Source: Squalus acanthias (lineage: Eukaryota). Taken from it: a stretch of 64,000 nt of DNA. A program made the position numbers and the translations under genes. How positions within the stretch are numbered: the stretch's first letter is position 1; every line of letters starts with the position of its first letter. Positions 63,812 to 64,000 of the stretch are shown here, one piece after another. Below the pieces are notes generated by a model that was given only the letters and a program-made list of their open reading frames with translations, was not told the DNA's origin and ran no database searches. Where the stretch lies: positions 161,822,001-161,886,000 of the forward strand of contig CM059425.1 in assembly GCA_030390025.1 (NCBI GenBank), in the 5' to 3' direction.

Positions 63812-64000
63812 GGCCGAGATTTTATTAATGGAGGCGGGTTGGGTGCGGGTCAGGTGGTTTCCGGCTCCCAGTCCCGCCCCCAGCAGCATCTGGCCCACAG
63901 ACGTGATTTTGCCTTGATTGATCTTGTTAAGCCTGCCCTGCGGGCTTGCCAGCCAATTAAGAGGAAGCGGGTCAGATGACGTCATTTGATGACGCGTCAT
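63812..64000 (+). mobile_element. Harbinger left end related to 43919; runs off the window end
   Basis: Shares cttgttaagcc...ggaagcggg..gatgacgtcatttgatgacgcgtcat with 44030-44108. Confidence 0.75.

Overview
Eukaryotic, transposon-dense genomic DNA with no host protein-coding exon that I can recognise, so it is probably a large intron or intergenic region. The repeat families suggest a cartilaginous fish; this is an inference. Nearly every long ORF belongs to a transposable element: CR1 LINEs, L2, a second CR1-group LINE with a partner tRNA-derived SINE, one apparently full-length RTE LINE, Penelope-like elements (PLEs) carrying minimal hammerhead ribozymes, PIF/Harbinger DNA transposons (Myb/SANT gene plus transposase) with many MITEs, and two Tigger/pogo-like MITEs. 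Highlights: (1) hammerhead ribozyme motifs from two PLE families, including ultra-short fold-back insertions, two of which begin at or near the predicted self-cleavage site; (2) an RTE split by four separate TSD-flanked insertions; (3) a 3.77 kb Harbinger with a nearly intact three-exon Myb/SANT gene but a transposase lacking most of its catalytic core; (4) a shared orientation of all Harbinger copies that can be oriented. Boundaries of old degenerate repeats are approximate. All family assignments come from motif recognition, not database searches.
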